Numbered from the stretch's first letter, positions 9,953 to 21,612 are shown. The stretch: DNA of 64,000 nt from an uncultured Gemmatimonadales bacterium (GCA_963828735.1 CAWHFW010000004.1:128001-192000); one strand, 5' to 3'. The notes: generated by a model not told the origin, from the sequence alone. Numbers and translations are program-made.

Positions 9953-10008
9953 GTCACCCTGAGCGAAGCGAAGGGGCCATGCCTCGAGGTATGGCCCCTT
10001 CGCTTCGC
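9953..10008. repeat. REP-like palindrome (GTCACCCTGAGCGAAGCGAAGGG type), right end truncated
   Basis: gcgaagcgaaggggccatgcc-tcga-ggtatggccccttcgcttcgc preceded by gtcaccctga. Confidence 0.7.
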
Positions 10009-10091
10009 CGGACGCACTCGATGGCGGCGCCCGTGCGGGCCGTGCGCGGCGGCCTTACTATTCACCCCTGACTGCATCCTGGCTGGAGACT

Positions 10092-10697
10092 ATGGCGAGC
10101 GCGACGATTTCCGCGAAGGACGTGGGCGAGCTCCGGGCACGCACCGGCGCGGGCATGATGGACTGCAAGCGGGCCCTGGAAGAGGCCGGCGGCGACATGG
10201 ACAAGGCGGGCGAGATCCTTCGCAAGAAGGGAATCGCCAAGGCCGAGAAGCGCGCGGGCCGCACCGCGTCGCAGGGACTCGTCTTGAGCTACATCCACCA
10301 CAACCACCAGGTGGGCGTGCTGCTGGAGCTCAACAGCGAGACCGACTTCGTGGCCCGGAACGAGGCGTTCCGCGAGCTGGCCCGCGAGATTGCGATCCAC
10401 ATCGCCTCGGCCGACCCGATCGGCGTGTCGGCGTCGGACATCCCGGCCGAGCTGCTCGATCGCGAGCGGCGCATCGCCGAGGAGCAGGTGGTGGCGGAGG
10501 GCAAGCCCGAAAACGTGCGGGCCAAGATCGTGGAGGGGAAGCTCAAGAAATTCGTCGCCGAGCGGACCCTGCTCGAGCAGCCCTTCGTGAAGGACGATTC
10601 GAAGACCGTGGGTGACCTGGTGAAGGAGGTGTCGGGCAAGCTGGGCGAGGTGGTGACCGTCCGGCGGTTCGCCCGGTTCCAGGTCGGAGCGGCCTGA
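10092..10697 (+). CDS. tsf: Elongation factor Ts (short, about 200-aa form)
   Basis: [30 protein letters not shown] -10-like box at 10056 and GGAG SD. Confidence 0.96.
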   Translation: MASATISAKDVGELRARTGAGMMDCKRALEEAGGDMDKAGEILRKKGIAKAEKRAGRTASQGLVLSYIHHNHQVGVLLELNSETDFVARNEAFRELAREIAIHIASADPIGVSASDIPAELLDRERRIAEEQVVAEGKPENVRAKIVEGKLKKFVAERTLLEQPFVKDDSKTVGDLVKEVSGKLGEVVTVRRFARFQVGAA

Positions 10698-11407
10698 TGG
10701 CCCTCGCCTACACCCGCGCCCTGCTCAAGATTTCGGGCGAGGCGCTGGGCGGCGAGAAAGGCTCCGGCCTCGACTTTCACGTCGTCGAGGCGTTCGCGGA
10801 AGAGATCAAGGCGGTGCACGCCCTCGGCGTGAACCTCGCCCTGGTGGTGGGCGGCGGAAACATCATCCGGGGCGCCACGGCCAGCCGGGAAGGGCTCGAC
10901 CGTGTCTCCGCCGACTACATGGGCATGCTGGCCACGGTCATCAACGCCCTCGCGCTGCAGGACGTACTCGAGAAGATCGGCGTGAACACCCGCGTCATGA
11001 CGGCCATCCGCATGGAATCGGTGGCCGAGCCCTACATCCGGCGCCGCGCCGTCCGCCACCTCGAGAAGGGCCGTCTCATCATCTTCGCTGCCGGCACGGG
11101 CAACCCGTTCTTCTCGACCGATACCGCCGGCGTCCTCCGGGCGCTCGAGATCGAGGCCGAAGTGATCCTCAAGGCCACCAACGTGGACGGGGTCTACACC
11201 GGCGATCCGAGGACGGACCCCGCCGCGACGTTCATTCCCGAGCTCACGTACCAGGAAGCGATCGTCAAGAACTACGCCGTAATGGACGCCAACGCGTTCG
11301 GTCTGTGCAAGGCCAACCAGCTTCCGATCGTCGTCTTCAACATCAACCAGCCCGGTGCCATCTCCCGAGTGCTGCAAGGTGACCGGGTGGGGACCCTCGT
11401 CCGATGA
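10697..11407 (+). CDS. pyrH: UMP kinase
   Basis: [38 protein letters not shown]. Confidence 0.97.
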   Translation: MALAYTRALLKISGEALGGEKGSGLDFHVVEAFAEEIKAVHALGVNLALVVGGGNIIRGATASREGLDRVSADYMGMLATVINALALQDVLEKIGVNTRVMTAIRMESVAEPYIRRRAVRHLEKGRLIIFAAGTGNPFFSTDTAGVLRALEIEAEVILKATNVDGVYTGDPRTDPAATFIPELTYQEAIVKNYAVMDANAFGLCKANQLPIVVFNINQPGAISRVLQGDRVGTLVR

Positions 11408-11958
11408 GCACGATTCCCGAACTGACGAAGCACGCCCGCGAGCTGATGCACAAGGCGGTGGACAGCACCAAGCGCGAGTTCAGCGGGATCCGGAGCGGTA
11501 AGGCGAGCACGTCGCTGCTCGACGTCGTTCGGGTCGAGGCGTACGGCAATACGATGCCGCTCAACCAGGTGGCGATGGTCGCCGCGCCCGAGGCCCGCCT
11601 CCTCACCGTCCAGCCGTTCGACAAGTCGCTCACCCAGGCCATCGAGAAGGCCATCAGGGACTCCGACCTCGGCCTCAACCCCGCGACTCAGGGGAACCTG
11701 ATCCGAGTGCCGTTGCCTGCCCTGTCGGAGGAGCGCCGCAAGGAGCTGGTGAAGGTGGTTCACAAGCTGGCGGAGGAAGGCCGGATCGCCGTGCGGCACG
11801 CGCGCACCGAGACGATGTCGAAGATCAAGAAGCTCGAGAAAGTCTCGGAGGACGACAAGACGCGCGCCGAGAAGGATGTGCAGAAGATCACCGACGAGCA
11901 CATCAAGCTGATCGACGGGCTCATCCACTCCAAAGAAGCCGAGATCATGGAAGTCTGA
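11404..11958 (+). CDS. frr: Ribosome recycling factor
   Basis: [26 protein letters not shown]; synteny. Confidence 0.97.
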   Translation: MSTIPELTKHARELMHKAVDSTKREFSGIRSGKASTSLLDVVRVEAYGNTMPLNQVAMVAAPEARLLTVQPFDKSLTQAIEKAIRDSDLGLNPATQGNLIRVPLPALSEERRKELVKVVHKLAEEGRIAVRHARTETMSKIKKLEKVSEDDKTRAEKDVQKITDEHIKLIDGLIHSKEAEIMEV

Positions 11959-11961
11959 CGC

Positions 11962-12702
11962 ATGAGCGACGACCTCCTGCGGCGGATTCGGGTGCACGGC
12001 TCGGTGCCGTCCCACATCGCGATCATCATGGACGGCAACGGCCGGTGGGCGCGGGGCCGAGCGCTGCCGCGGCCGCTCGGCCACCACGCGGGAATGGGCG
12101 CCGTGCGGGAGGTGATCCAGGGCTGCCTCGACGCACAGGTCGGCGTGCTCAGCCTGTTCGCGTTCAGCCAGGAGAACTGGCAGCGTCCAGCGGGCGAGAT
12201 CGACGCGCTGATGAGCCTGCTCGAGGAGTACATCGCGCGCGAGGTGGACAACCTGCGCGAGAAGCGCGTCTCGGTCCGCATCCTGGGCGAGCTCGACCGG
12301 CTCGCGCCGGGCGCGCGGCAGGCGGTGGATCGGGTCATGGCGGAGACCGCGCACGGCACCGAGCTCGCCCTGAACCTGTGCATCTCCTACAGCAGCCGGG
12401 CCGAGATCACCCGCGCGGCGCGCGCACTGGCAGAAGATGCCGCCGCCGGCCGGCTCGACCCCTCGGACATCGACGAGGAGGCCGTGGCGCGGCGCCTCTA
12501 CACCGCGCCCTGGCCCGATCCCGATCTCCTCATCCGCACCTCGGGCGAGATGCGGATCTCGAACTTTCTTCTCTGGCAGCTCGCCTACGCCGAGTTGTAC
12601 GTGACTCCCGTCCTCTGGCCGGACTTCACCCGGCGCCACCTGTTCGAAGCCATCCTCGAATTTCAGCGGCGCGACCGCAGATTCGGGCGCGTTACCGTCT
12701 GA
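11962..12702 (+). CDS. uppS: Undecaprenyl diphosphate synthase
   Basis: HIAIIMDGNGRWA, FSQENWQRP, RTSGEMRISNFLLWQ. Confidence 0.96.
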   Translation: MSDDLLRRIRVHGSVPSHIAIIMDGNGRWARGRALPRPLGHHAGMGAVREVIQGCLDAQVGVLSLFAFSQENWQRPAGEIDALMSLLEEYIAREVDNLREKRVSVRILGELDRLAPGARQAVDRVMAETAHGTELALNLCISYSSRAEITRAARALAEDAAAGRLDPSDIDEEAVARRLYTAPWPDPDLLIRTSGEMRISNFLLWQLAYAELYVTPVLWPDFTRRHLFEAILEFQRRDRRFGRVTV

Positions 12703-13571
12703 TGGACGCCAATCTCGTCCGGCGCGTCGGATTCGCCGTCGTGGCGATTCCGGTGGCCCTGCTCATCATCTGGTACGGCGGGGTGCCGCTCGCCATCCTC
12801 CTGGCCGCCGCAGGCGCCCTGGCGACGCGCGAGCTGTTCGACCTGGCCGAGCGCGGGCAGGTCCGGCCCGCCCGTGCGCTCGGCCTCGTGAGCGCGGCGG
12901 CGATCGCGCCCCTCACCTACGCGACGATCGCCGCCGAAGACGTGCGTGCCGTCGTCGCCGAGTCGTGGCCGTACGCCGCCGGGCTCTGGCTCCTGGCGGT
13001 CCTGATCTGGGGACTGTTGGCCCGCGGCCCGACGGAGCGGCCGCTGGCGGCAGTAGCCGTCACCGTGCTCGCCGTGGCGTACACCGCGGGCCTCCCGGCG
13101 TTCCTCCTCGCGATCCGCCACAGCGGCTTCGGGCTCCGGAACTGGGCGGGCGCGTGGCTCGTCTTCTATCCGCTGATCGTCACCTGGGTGGTCGACACGG
13201 CCGCGATGTTCGGCGGCCGGGCGATCGGGGGACCGAAGCTCGCCCCCACCGTGAGCCCCGGCAAGACCCGGTCGGGCAGCATCGCGGGGGTGGTCGGCGG
13301 CCTCGTGATGGCCCCGCTGTTCGCGGCCGGCGTGTTTCCCCGGGTGGGGCTCACGATTCCGCTCTGGCATCTGCTCGCGATCGCGGCGGTGCTCGGCGTG
13401 ATCGGGCAGGCCGGCGACCTGGCCGAGTCGCTGTTCAAGCGGGAGGCGGGCGTCAAGGATTCGAGCCATCTCATCCCGGGGCACGGCGGGGTTCTGGACC
13501 GGCTCGACTCGCTCTACTTCGTGATTCCCGTGGCGGCCGCGATGTACCGCATGTTCGGAATCATCCGGTGA
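12702..13571 (+). CDS. cdsA: Phosphatidate cytidylyltransferase
   Basis: SPGKT, GDLAESLFKREAGVKDS..IPGHGGVLDRLDS. Confidence 0.95.
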   Translation: MDANLVRRVGFAVVAIPVALLIIWYGGVPLAILLAAAGALATRELFDLAERGQVRPARALGLVSAAAIAPLTYATIAAEDVRAVVAESWPYAAGLWLLAVLIWGLLARGPTERPLAAVAVTVLAVAYTAGLPAFLLAIRHSGFGLRNWAGAWLVFYPLIVTWVVDTAAMFGGRAIGGPKLAPTVSPGKTRSGSIAGVVGGLVMAPLFAAGVFPRVGLTIPLWHLLAIAAVLGVIGQAGDLAESLFKREAGVKDSSHLIPGHGGVLDRLDSLYFVIPVAAAMYRMFGIIR

Positions 13572-13573
13572 CC

Positions 13574-14704
13574 ATGGCGCCGGCGACCGTCCGCGGCGTG
13601 GCCGTCCTGGGCTCGACCGGCTCGGTCGGCCGGAGCACCCTCGCGGTGCTGCGGCGCCAGGCGGAGCACTTTCACCTCGTGGCCCTGACGGCGGGGAAGA
13701 ACGTCGAGGCGTTCGACCATCAGGTGAGGGAATGGCGCCCCGCCTTCGCCGGGCTCGCGGGCGGGGACGGCACCGGCTACCCCAGCGGACCAGACGTGCT
13801 GCTGCAGGCCGCGACGCACCCCGACGTCGACGTCGTCGTCAATGCGGTCGTCGGGGCGGCGGGCCTGGACGCCACGCTGGCCGCCCTCCGGGCGGGGAAG
13901 CGGGTCGCGCTCGCCAACAAGGAAACCCTGGTCATGGCCGGCGACCTGGTGGCCCAGGCCGCGTGTGCCGGCGGTGGGGAGTTGGTGCCGGTGGACTCGG
14001 AGCACAGCGCGGTGCTCCAGTGCGTCACGGGGCGAGAGGCCGGACTGTGCCGGCTCATCCTCACCTGCTCTGGGGGACCCTTCCGCGAGTGGCCGGCGGA
14101 GCGGGTGCGGACGGCCACGGTCGAAGAGGCGCTTCGTCACCCGACCTGGCAGATGGGCACCAAGATCACGGTGGACAGCGCGACGCTCGCGAACAAGGCG
14201 CTCGAGCTGATCGAGGCGCACCACCTGTTCGGGCTCTCGTACGACGCGCTCGAGGTGGTGGTCCACCCGCAGAGCATCGTGCACGCGTTCGTGGAGTTCT
14301 GCGACGGCAGCGTCATCGGCCAGCTGGGGTTCCCGTCCATGGAGCTGCCGATCCTGTACGCGCTCACCCATCCGGCGCGTCTGCCCGACGAGGGCGTGCG
14401 CCGATTCGACCCCGTGGCGGCCGGCACGCTCACCTTCGAGCCGGTGCGGATGGATGTCTTCCGGGCCCTGGCCGCGGGCGTCGCGGCCGGCCGGGCGGGG
14501 GGGATTTCGCCGGCGGTGTTCAACGCGGCCAACGAGGTCGCCGTCGCCGCATTCCTCGCCGGCGAGGCGTCCTTCGGCCGCATCAGCCAGATCATCGAGC
14601 GCGTGCTCGACGATCATATTCCTGGTCCCGCCACCAGCGTGCCCGTCGTGCGCGAGGCCGACCAGTGGGCGCGCCTCCGTGCGCGCGACTACGTGCGAGC
14701 GTGA
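13574..14704 (+). CDS. dxr: 1-deoxy-D-xylulose-5-phosphate reductoisomerase
   Basis: LGSTGSVG, LANKE, PVDSEHSA, HPTWQMGTKITVDSA, NAANEVAV. Confidence 0.96.
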   Translation: MAPATVRGVAVLGSTGSVGRSTLAVLRRQAEHFHLVALTAGKNVEAFDHQVREWRPAFAGLAGGDGTGYPSGPDVLLQAATHPDVDVVVNAVVGAAGLDATLAALRAGKRVALANKETLVMAGDLVAQAACAGGGELVPVDSEHSAVLQCVTGREAGLCRLILTCSGGPFREWPAERVRTATVEEALRHPTWQMGTKITVDSATLANKALELIEAHHLFGLSYDALEVVVHPQSIVHAFVEFCDGSVIGQLGFPSMELPILYALTHPARLPDEGVRRFDPVAAGTLTFEPVRMDVFRALAAGVAAGRAGGISPAVFNAANEVAVAAFLAGEASFGRISQIIERVLDDHIPGPATSVPVVREADQWARLRARDYVRA

Positions 14705-14711
14705 GGTTGTC

Positions 14712-16076
14712 GTGCTGATCACCGTCATTTCGCTGATCGTGGTGCTGGGCGTGCTGGTCTTCGTGCACGAGGCCGGCCATTTCATCGCCGCCAAGTGGGC
14801 GGGCATCTACGTGCACCGCTTCTCGCTGGGCCTCGGCTCCCCCGTTCCGTGGCTCACGTTCCGGCGTGGCGAGACCGAGTACTCGATCTCGTGGCTGCCG
14901 CTCGGCGGCTACGTGAAGATGGCGAGCCGGGAGGAGGACATCGCCAGCAGTCCCCTCGAGGGAGGGCGGCCTGAGGACGTCGTGCCGGCCAACCGGATGT
15001 TCGAGGCCAAGCCGGTCTGGCAGCGGATGATCGTCATCCTGGCGGGCGTGACGATGAACGCGTTGTTCGCTTGGTTCCTGTACACGCTCCTGGCCGTCAA
15101 GAGCGGCCGGCCGGTCGATCCGGTCACGACGGTGGGCCGGGTCGTGGATGACCTGCTGCCGCCGGAAGCCGAGGCGTTCAAGCGGATCCAGCCCGGTACG
15201 CGGATCGTCCGGGTCAACGGCGCGCCCGTCACCTCGTGGGGCGAGATCACCAACGCCATCGCGAACACGCCCGACACGGCGATCCGTCTCGAGCTCGGCG
15301 ACGGCTCGGTCGTGTCCGCGCCGATCCATCCCGACGCCCTCGAACAGCGGCTCAAGGCCGCGCAGGCGCTGCAGCCGTACCGGGCGCCCGTCGTGGGCCA
15401 GGTGTTGCCGGACCGCCCCGCGGCCCGCGCGGGCGTGCAGCCGGGCGACACGATCGCCGCGATCAACGGGCAGCCGGTCACCCAGTGGTACGACCTGCTC
15501 GAGCGGCTGCAGAAGAACGGCCAGCGCCCGCTCGAGATGGAGGTGGCTCGGGCGGGGGGACGGCAGCGTTTCCAGATCACACCGTACGTGGACTCAATCA
15601 TCGGTCCGACGGGGAAGCCCGAGGCGATCGGCCGGATCGGCGTGGGGGTGGCGGGGGCGTTCCGGTCGGAGCGACTCAGCTTCGGGCAGGCGGTGGTGGA
15701 GGGATGGCGCAATACGGTGTCGGCGTCGACCCAGATCGTGCGCACGGTTCGGGGCCTCTTCAGCGGACGCATCTCCAAGCGTGAGGTCGGTGGCCCGATC
15801 CTCATCGGCCAGCTGGCGGGAGAAAGCGCGCGCCTGGGGATCGACGCCTTCCTCAACTTCATGGCGCTGATCTCGATCAACCTGGCGGTGCTGAACCTCC
15901 TGCCGGTCCCGGTGCTGGACGGGGGTCAGTTCCTGTTCCTGCTGGCCGAAGCTGTGGTCCGTCGCCCGCTCCCGTTGAAGTTGCGCGAGCGGCTCACGAT
16001 GGTGGGACTGGTGCTGATCGTCCTGCTGATGGGTCTGGCCTTCTCGAATGATCTTCGGAGATTGTTCGGGGCGTAG
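14712..16076 (+). CDS. rseP: RIP metalloprotease RseP (M50, PDZ)
   Basis: HEAGH, PLGGYVKM, two PDZ-like regions, NLLPVPVLDGG. Confidence 0.94.
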   Translation: MLITVISLIVVLGVLVFVHEAGHFIAAKWAGIYVHRFSLGLGSPVPWLTFRRGETEYSISWLPLGGYVKMASREEDIASSPLEGGRPEDVVPANRMFEAKPVWQRMIVILAGVTMNALFAWFLYTLLAVKSGRPVDPVTTVGRVVDDLLPPEAEAFKRIQPGTRIVRVNGAPVTSWGEITNAIANTPDTAIRLELGDGSVVSAPIHPDALEQRLKAAQALQPYRAPVVGQVLPDRPAARAGVQPGDTIAAINGQPVTQWYDLLERLQKNGQRPLEMEVARAGGRQRFQITPYVDSIIGPTGKPEAIGRIGVGVAGAFRSERLSFGQAVVEGWRNTVSASTQIVRTVRGLFSGRISKREVGGPILIGQLAGESARLGIDAFLNFMALISINLAVLNLLPVPVLDGGQFLFLLAEAVVRRPLPLKLRERLTMVGLVLIVLLMGLAFSNDLRRLFGA

Positions 16077-16182
16077 GCGGAGGCAGCTGAGGGCTCGAGG
16101 CACATCACGCGGCGGGCAGAGCAGTGGGCGCGCCAGTAGGAGAGCCCGAAAAGGATGGGTTAGGGAGGTCCGCCGTCCGCCC

Positions 16183-16211
16183 TTGTCCTCCTCCACCGCC
16201 TTGGTTATTCT
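16183..16211 (+). promoter_or_regulatory. Putative sigma70 promoter of rpsO-pnp
   Basis: TTGTCC-N17-TATTCT. Confidence 0.6.
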
Positions 16212-16261
16212 ACCGTGCTACAACGGATTACGACGCCAAACGCATAGAGGACCAGGGCAGC

Positions 16262-16522
16262 ATGAGCTTCGACAAGCAGGCGGTTACGGCCAAGCACCAG
16301 GCGCACCCGAGTGATACCGGGTCCACCAAAGTGCAGGTGGCGCTGCTCACCGAGCGGATCAATTCGCTCACCGACCACTTCCGCAGCCATCCCAAGGATC
16401 ACCACGGGCGCCGCGGGCTGCTCAAGATGGTCGGCACCCGCCGCCGCTTGCTGACCTACCTCAAGCGAAGCGACCTCGAGACCTACCGGGCTCTCATCGA
16501 GCAGCTCGGTCTCCGTCACTAA
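16262..16522 (+). CDS. rpsO: 30S ribosomal protein S15
   Basis: [32 protein letters not shown]. Confidence 0.97.
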   Translation: MSFDKQAVTAKHQAHPSDTGSTKVQVALLTERINSLTDHFRSHPKDHHGRRGLLKMVGTRRRLLTYLKRSDLETYRALIEQLGLRH

Positions 16523-16534
16523 TTCCGTTGCGCC

Positions 16535-16581
16535 GCCGGGGGCGTCCTGATCCGACATCGGGACGCCCTCTCGGCTTTTTT
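16535..16581 (+). terminator. Rho-independent terminator between rpsO and pnp
   Basis: GC-rich stem gccgggggcgtcctgat/atcgggacgccctctcggc followed by T6. Confidence 0.8.
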
Positions 16582-16631
16582 GGACCACAACCGCGCAGCA
16601 AAGAAACCCGAGATCAAAGAGAGAGAAGGTA

Positions 16632-18722
16632 GTGACTGTGCAACGGATCGAGACCCAGTTCGCCGGACGCCCGCTCATGCTGGAAACCGGACGGCTGGCC
16701 AAGCAGGCCGCAGGTTCCGCGGTGCTCCGCTTCGGCGACACGATGGTGCTGGCTGCCGTGACCATTTCCCCGAACGTTTCCACCCTCCCGTTCTTCCCCC
16801 TCACCGTCGAGTACCGCGAGAAGACCTACGCCGCCGGCAAGATTCCGGGCGGATTTCTCAAGCGTGAGGGCCGGCCCTCCGACGACGAGATTCTCGCCGG
16901 CCGGATCATCGACCGCTCCATCCGGCCGCTGTTCCCCGAGGGCTTCAAGAATGAGGTGCAGGTCTTCGTGACGGTGCTGTCCGCCGACCAGGAGAACGAC
17001 GCCGACATTCTCGGAGTCGTGGCCGCCTCGACGGCACTCAGCCTCTCCTCGGTGCCGTGGAATGGTCCCATCGCCGCCGTGCGCGTGGGGCGCGTCGAAG
17101 GCAACTGGATCCTGAACCCGACGTTTCAGCAGCTCGAGTTCTCGACCATCGACCTCGTGGTCACCGGGTCGGCCGACTCGATCATCATGGTCGAGGGGGG
17201 CTCGCTCGAAGTCAGCGAAGGCGAGATGCTCGAGGCGCTCAAGGTGGCGCAGAAGGGGATCCGGGACGTCATCGGTCTCGAGAAGCAGCTCGTGGACAAG
17301 GCGGGGGCCGCGCCGAAGCTGGTGTGGACGAAGGCGCCCGTGGACGAAGCGCTGCAGGCGAAGGTCCGGGAGCTGGCCGAGGCGGAGATGGCGCAGGCCA
17401 TCAACGCCAAGGACAAGGCTGCCCGCGCCAGCGGAGTCCGCGCGATCCGCGAGCAGACGGTGGCGAAGGTGCTCGAGCAGTTCCCCGAGAAGGGCCGCGA
17501 CATCTCGGCCGAGCTCGAAGACATCGAGTACCGGGTGATGCGGCGTCAGGTGCTGGAGAAGGGCGAGCGCGTGGACGGTCGCGACCTCGACACGATCCGA
17601 CCGATCGTGATCGAGACCGGCGTACTCCCCCGCACGCACGGCTCGGCATTGTTCCAGCGCGGCGAGACGCAGGCGCTGGTGTCGGTCACGCTCGGGACGG
17701 CGGATGACGAGCAGCGCATCGACAGCATCGACGTGGCCGGCGAGACCACCAAGTCGTTCATGCTGCACTACAACTTCCCGCCGTTCTCGACCGGCGAGGT
17801 CAAGATGATCCGCGGCACCAGCCGCCGCGAGATCGGCCACGGTGCGCTGGCGGAGCGCGCGCTCCAACCGCTGCTCCCCCACTACGAGGACTTTCCCTAC
17901 ACGCTGCGCGTGGTGAGCGAGATCCTCGAGTCCAACGGCTCGAGCTCCATGGCCACCGTCTGCGGCGGCTCGCTCGCCCTCATGGACGCCGGCGTGCCGA
18001 TGCAGGCGCCGTGCGCCGGCGTCGCGATGGGTCTGGTGAAGGAAGGCGACAAGGTGGCCGTGCTCACCGACATCCTGGGCTCCGAGGATCACCTCGGCGA
18101 CATGGACTTCAAGGTGGCCGGCACCGAGAAGGGCATCACCTCGATCCAGATGGACATCAAGATCGAGGGGATGGACCTCAAGATCATGGAGCAGGCGCTG
18201 GAGAAGGCCCGGAAGGGCCGGCTGCACATCCTGCGCGAGATGGCCAAGGTGCTGGGGGGGCCGCGCACCGAGCTCTCGAAGTACGCGCCACGCATCTTCA
18301 CGATGCACATCAAGCCCGACAAGATCGGCGACGTGATCGGTCCGAAGGGCAAGACCATCCGTGGCATTCAGGACGCCACAGGCGCCAAGATCAACATCGA
18401 CGACAGCGGGCTCGTCACCATCTCCGCCGTGGGCGGCGAGGCCGGCGAGAAGGCGCGCGCGATGGTGGCCGCGATCACGACCGAGCCCGAGGTGGGCCGG
18501 ACGTACGAGGGCCCGGTCAAGAGCACGACCGCGTTCGGGGCGTTCGTCGAGATCCTGCCCGGGGTCGAGGGTCTGCTGCACATCAGCGAGCTGCAGCACG
18601 GCCGCACCGACAAGACCGAGGACGTGGTCAAGAAGGGCGACATCGTGCAGGTCAAGCTGCTCGAGGTGGACGACCGCGGCCGCATGAAGCTCTCCCGGAA
18701 GGCGCTGCTGCCCAAGGAGTAG
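16632..18722 (+). CDS. pnp: Polyribonucleotide nucleotidyltransferase
   Basis: ETGRLAKQA, GKIPGGFLKREGRP, RREIGHG, DMDFKVAG, KH and S1 domains. Confidence 0.97.
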   Translation: MTVQRIETQFAGRPLMLETGRLAKQAAGSAVLRFGDTMVLAAVTISPNVSTLPFFPLTVEYREKTYAAGKIPGGFLKREGRPSDDEILAGRIIDRSIRPLFPEGFKNEVQVFVTVLSADQENDADILGVVAASTALSLSSVPWNGPIAAVRVGRVEGNWILNPTFQQLEFSTIDLVVTGSADSIIMVEGGSLEVSEGEMLEALKVAQKGIRDVIGLEKQLVDKAGAAPKLVWTKAPVDEALQAKVRELAEAEMAQAINAKDKAARASGVRAIREQTVAKVLEQFPEKGRDISAELEDIEYRVMRRQVLEKGERVDGRDLDTIRPIVIETGVLPRTHGSALFQRGETQALVSVTLGTADDEQRIDSIDVAGETTKSFMLHYNFPPFSTGEVKMIRGTSRREIGHGALAERALQPLLPHYEDFPYTLRVVSEILESNGSSSMATVCGGSLALMDAGVPMQAPCAGVAMGLVKEGDKVAVLTDILGSEDHLGDMDFKVAGTEKGITSIQMDIKIEGMDLKIMEQALEKARKGRLHILREMAKVLGGPRTELSKYAPRIFTMHIKPDKIGDVIGPKGKTIRGIQDATGAKINIDDSGLVTISAVGGEAGEKARAMVAAITTEPEVGRTYEGPVKSTTAFGAFVEILPGVEGLLHISELQHGRTDKTEDVVKKGDIVQVKLLEVDDRGRMKLSRKALLPKE

Positions 18723-18729
18723 CTCCGCA

Positions 18730-19986
18730 TTGGAAACAGTCAGTCTGGACGACGGGCTCCTTCGCACTACGCTGCCGAACGGGCTCGTCGTCCTCACCGA
18801 GAAGCTGCCGGGCGTCCGCTCGGCGGCGACGGGATTCTACGTACGCACGGCGAGCGCCCACGAGCGCCGCGAGCAGATGGGCATCTCCCATCTGCTCGAG
18901 CACATGGTGTTCAAGGGCACCGAGCGGCGTTCGGCCAAGGAGCTGGCGCTCGAGCTCGAGGTGCGGGGCGGGAGCCTCGACGCCTTCACCGGCCGCGACT
19001 ATACCAGCTACCAGGCGCATACGCTCGACGCCGATCTGCCGCTCGCGGTCGAGATCCTCACCGATCTCGCGCGGCGGCCGCTCCTCCGGGAGAGCGACCT
19101 CGAACCCGAGCGCAACGTGATCCTCGAGGAGATCAACGGCGTCGAGGACACGCCGGACGATCTCGTGTTCGAGCTACACGCGGCCGAACTCTGGCCGAGT
19201 CACCCCTACGGCTACTCCATTCTCGGCAGCCCCGCCTCCTTGGCTGCCCTCTCCGCCGACGATCTCCGATGCCTGCACGGCACCGGGTACAACCGTGGCA
19301 ACTTCGTGGTCGCCGCCGCGGGCAACGTGAATCACGACCAGCTGCTCACGGTGCTCGAGCGGGAGGGCTGGTTCGATGGCGCCTCCCCCGAGCCGCCGCG
19401 CCGGCCGGTCGTGCCCGCGCCCGCGGTCCAGGGCGGGACTCGGCGTGAGGAGCGCGATACGGCGCAGACCCACATCGTGTTCGGCACCGATACGTTTCCG
19501 CTCCGCGATCCGCGCCGCTTCGCGCTGGCCATCCTGACCAACCTGTTCGGCGGCGGGATGTCGAGCCGCCTGTTCCAGCGGGTGCGCGAGGAGCTGGGTC
19601 TGGCCTACGCGATCTTCGCCTACAAGCACTTCTATCAGTCGTCGGGGCAGCTTGGCGTGTACGTCGGCACTCAGCCGGCGACGGCGGACGCGGCGGTGGA
19701 GGCCATCCGCGGGGAGTACGCGCGGCTCGCCCGGGAAGGCCTCCCGGCGGACGAGCTGGCGGATGGCAAGCAGCAGCTCAAGGGCCAGGTCATGCTGTCG
19801 CTCGAGAGCCCGGGCGCCCGCATGGGCCGCCTCGCGGGCTTCGTGCTCCACAACGACGAGTACCGGCCGCTCGACCAGATGCTGGCGGAGATCGACGCAG
19901 TCAGCGCGGACGAAATCGCGACGGTCGCGGCGGAGTATTTCGCGCCGGAGCGCCAGACGGTCGTCCGGCTGGGTCCGGGGCAGTGA
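18730..19986 (+). CDS. M16 (pitrilysin-family) peptidase
   Basis: HLLEH inverted zinc motif, [23 protein letters not shown] start. Confidence 0.92.
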   Translation: METVSLDDGLLRTTLPNGLVVLTEKLPGVRSAATGFYVRTASAHERREQMGISHLLEHMVFKGTERRSAKELALELEVRGGSLDAFTGRDYTSYQAHTLDADLPLAVEILTDLARRPLLRESDLEPERNVILEEINGVEDTPDDLVFELHAAELWPSHPYGYSILGSPASLAALSADDLRCLHGTGYNRGNFVVAAAGNVNHDQLLTVLEREGWFDGASPEPPRRPVVPAPAVQGGTRREERDTAQTHIVFGTDTFPLRDPRRFALAILTNLFGGGMSSRLFQRVREELGLAYAIFAYKHFYQSSGQLGVYVGTQPATADAAVEAIRGEYARLAREGLPADELADGKQQLKGQVMLSLESPGARMGRLAGFVLHNDEYRPLDQMLAEIDAVSADEIATVAAEYFAPERQTVVRLGPGQ

Positions 19987-20065
19987 AGAGGATGCCGGCG
20001 TAGATCGGGTCGGTCCATGCCGGCCTCCTGTACCACACCGACACACCACATTACACAGAGGTCCC

Positions 20066-21178
20066 ATGCTCATCGGCGTTCCGAAGGAGATCAAGACGAA
20101 CGAGAACCGCATCGCGCTCGTGCCGGCGGGTGCGGAAGCGTTCGTCACCGCCGGACACAGCGTGTTCGTCGAATCTGGCGCCGGCCTTGGCAGCGGCTTC
20201 ACTGACGAGACGTACCAGGCGGTCGGGGCGCAGATCGTGCCCACGGCCGATGAGGTCTGGAAGCGGGCCGACATGATCATGAAGGTGAAGGAGCCGATCG
20301 CTCCCGAGTGGCCGCGCATGCGTCGGGGCCAGGTGATCTACACGTATTTCCACTTCGCCGCCGCCGAGGATCTGACGAAGGCCGTCATCGATTCCGGGGC
20401 CATCGCGGTCGCCTACGAGACGGTCCAGCTCCCGAGCGGCGAGCTTCCCCTCCTGACGCCGATGTCCGAGGTAGCTGGACGCATGGCGGTGCAGGAGGGC
20501 GCCAAGTACCTGGAGAAGGTGTTCGGGGGCAGCGGGATTCTACTCGGCGGGGTCCCGGGGGTCGCACCCGGCGAGGTCGTCATCATCGGCGGCGGGGTGG
20601 TCGGCATCAACGCGGCCAAGATGGCCGCGGGCCTCGGCGCGCACGTCACTATCCTGGACATCTCGCTCGACCGGCTGAGGTACCTCGACGACGTCCTCCC
20701 GGCCAACGTCGATACCACCTACAGCAACCGCCACAACATCCTCGGCGCCATCAGCCGGGCCGATCTGGTCATCGGGGCGGTGTTGCTCCCGGGCGCGAAA
20801 GCACCCCACCTGGTGAAGCGGGCGGACCTCAAAACGATGAAGCCGGGCTCGGTGATCGTGGACGTGGCGGTCGACCAGGGTGGCTGCGTCGAGACCATCA
20901 AACCGACCACGCACGAGAATCCCACGTACTTCGTCGACGGCATTCTGCACTACGCCGTCGCCAATATGCCCGGCGGTGTCCCTCGCACCTCCACCCTGGC
21001 CCTGACCAATGCCACGCTCCCATATGGACTTAAGCTGGCCAAGCACGGTTGGCGTGGCGCCTGCAAGGCCGATCCGGCATTGGCCCTCGGGCTCAACGTG
21101 GTCGAGGGCAAGGTGGTCTATCCGGGCGTTGCCGAGGCCTTCCGACTCCCGCTGACCGACGTCGCCTCGGTCCTGTGA
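20066..21178 (+). CDS. ald: Alanine dehydrogenase
   Basis: [37 protein letters not shown]. Confidence 0.96.
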   Translation: MLIGVPKEIKTNENRIALVPAGAEAFVTAGHSVFVESGAGLGSGFTDETYQAVGAQIVPTADEVWKRADMIMKVKEPIAPEWPRMRRGQVIYTYFHFAAAEDLTKAVIDSGAIAVAYETVQLPSGELPLLTPMSEVAGRMAVQEGAKYLEKVFGGSGILLGGVPGVAPGEVVIIGGGVVGINAAKMAAGLGAHVTILDISLDRLRYLDDVLPANVDTTYSNRHNILGAISRADLVIGAVLLPGAKAPHLVKRADLKTMKPGSVIVDVAVDQGGCVETIKPTTHENPTYFVDGILHYAVANMPGGVPRTSTLALTNATLPYGLKLAKHGWRGACKADPALALGLNVVEGKVVYPGVAEAFRLPLTDVASVL

Positions 21179-21612
21179 CCGAGGTCCTGATCACGCGGCT
21201 GCCCCATGCCGAAGGCCTGCCGCTGCCCGCGCAGGCCACCCCGGGCGCCGCAGGCTACGATGTGGCGAGCGCGGAGGACGGATCCCTCGCCCCGATGGAG
21301 CGCAAGCTCTTCAGGACCGGCTTCGCGATCGCCGTCCCCGAGGGGTTCGAGTGCCAGATCCGCCCCCGATCCGGACTGGCCCTACGCCATGGCATCACGC
21401 TTCCGAACACCCCGGCGACGATCGACAGCGACTACCGGGGCGAGCTCATGATCATGCTGGTCAACCTGAGCGCCGATACCTTCGAGGTGACCCGGGGGAT
21501 GCGCATCGCCCAGCTGGTGATCGCGCGGGTGGAGGCCGCCACGTTCAGACCGGTGGAGGAGCTGCCCGGAACGCACCGCGGGGCGGGGGGCTTCGGGAGC
21601 ACCGGGCGTTAA
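21175..21612 (+). CDS. dut: dUTP diphosphatase
   Basis: [35 protein letters not shown]. Confidence 0.96.
   Translation: MTEVLITRLPHAEGLPLPAQATPGAAGYDVASAEDGSLAPMERKLFRTGFAIAVPEGFECQIRPRSGLALRHGITLPNTPATIDSDYRGELMIMLVNLSADTFEVTRGMRIAQLVIARVEAATFRPVEELPGTHRGAGGFGSTGR

Noticed and set aside
10092..10697. EF-Ts seems truncated (201 aa)
   Set aside because: The short dimeric EF-Ts form is known in several phyla, and the gene ends cleanly overlapping pyrH
16077..16182. Purine-rich intergenic stretch between rseP and rpsO as sRNA or IS remnant
   Set aside because: No convincing structure, terminal repeats or ORF
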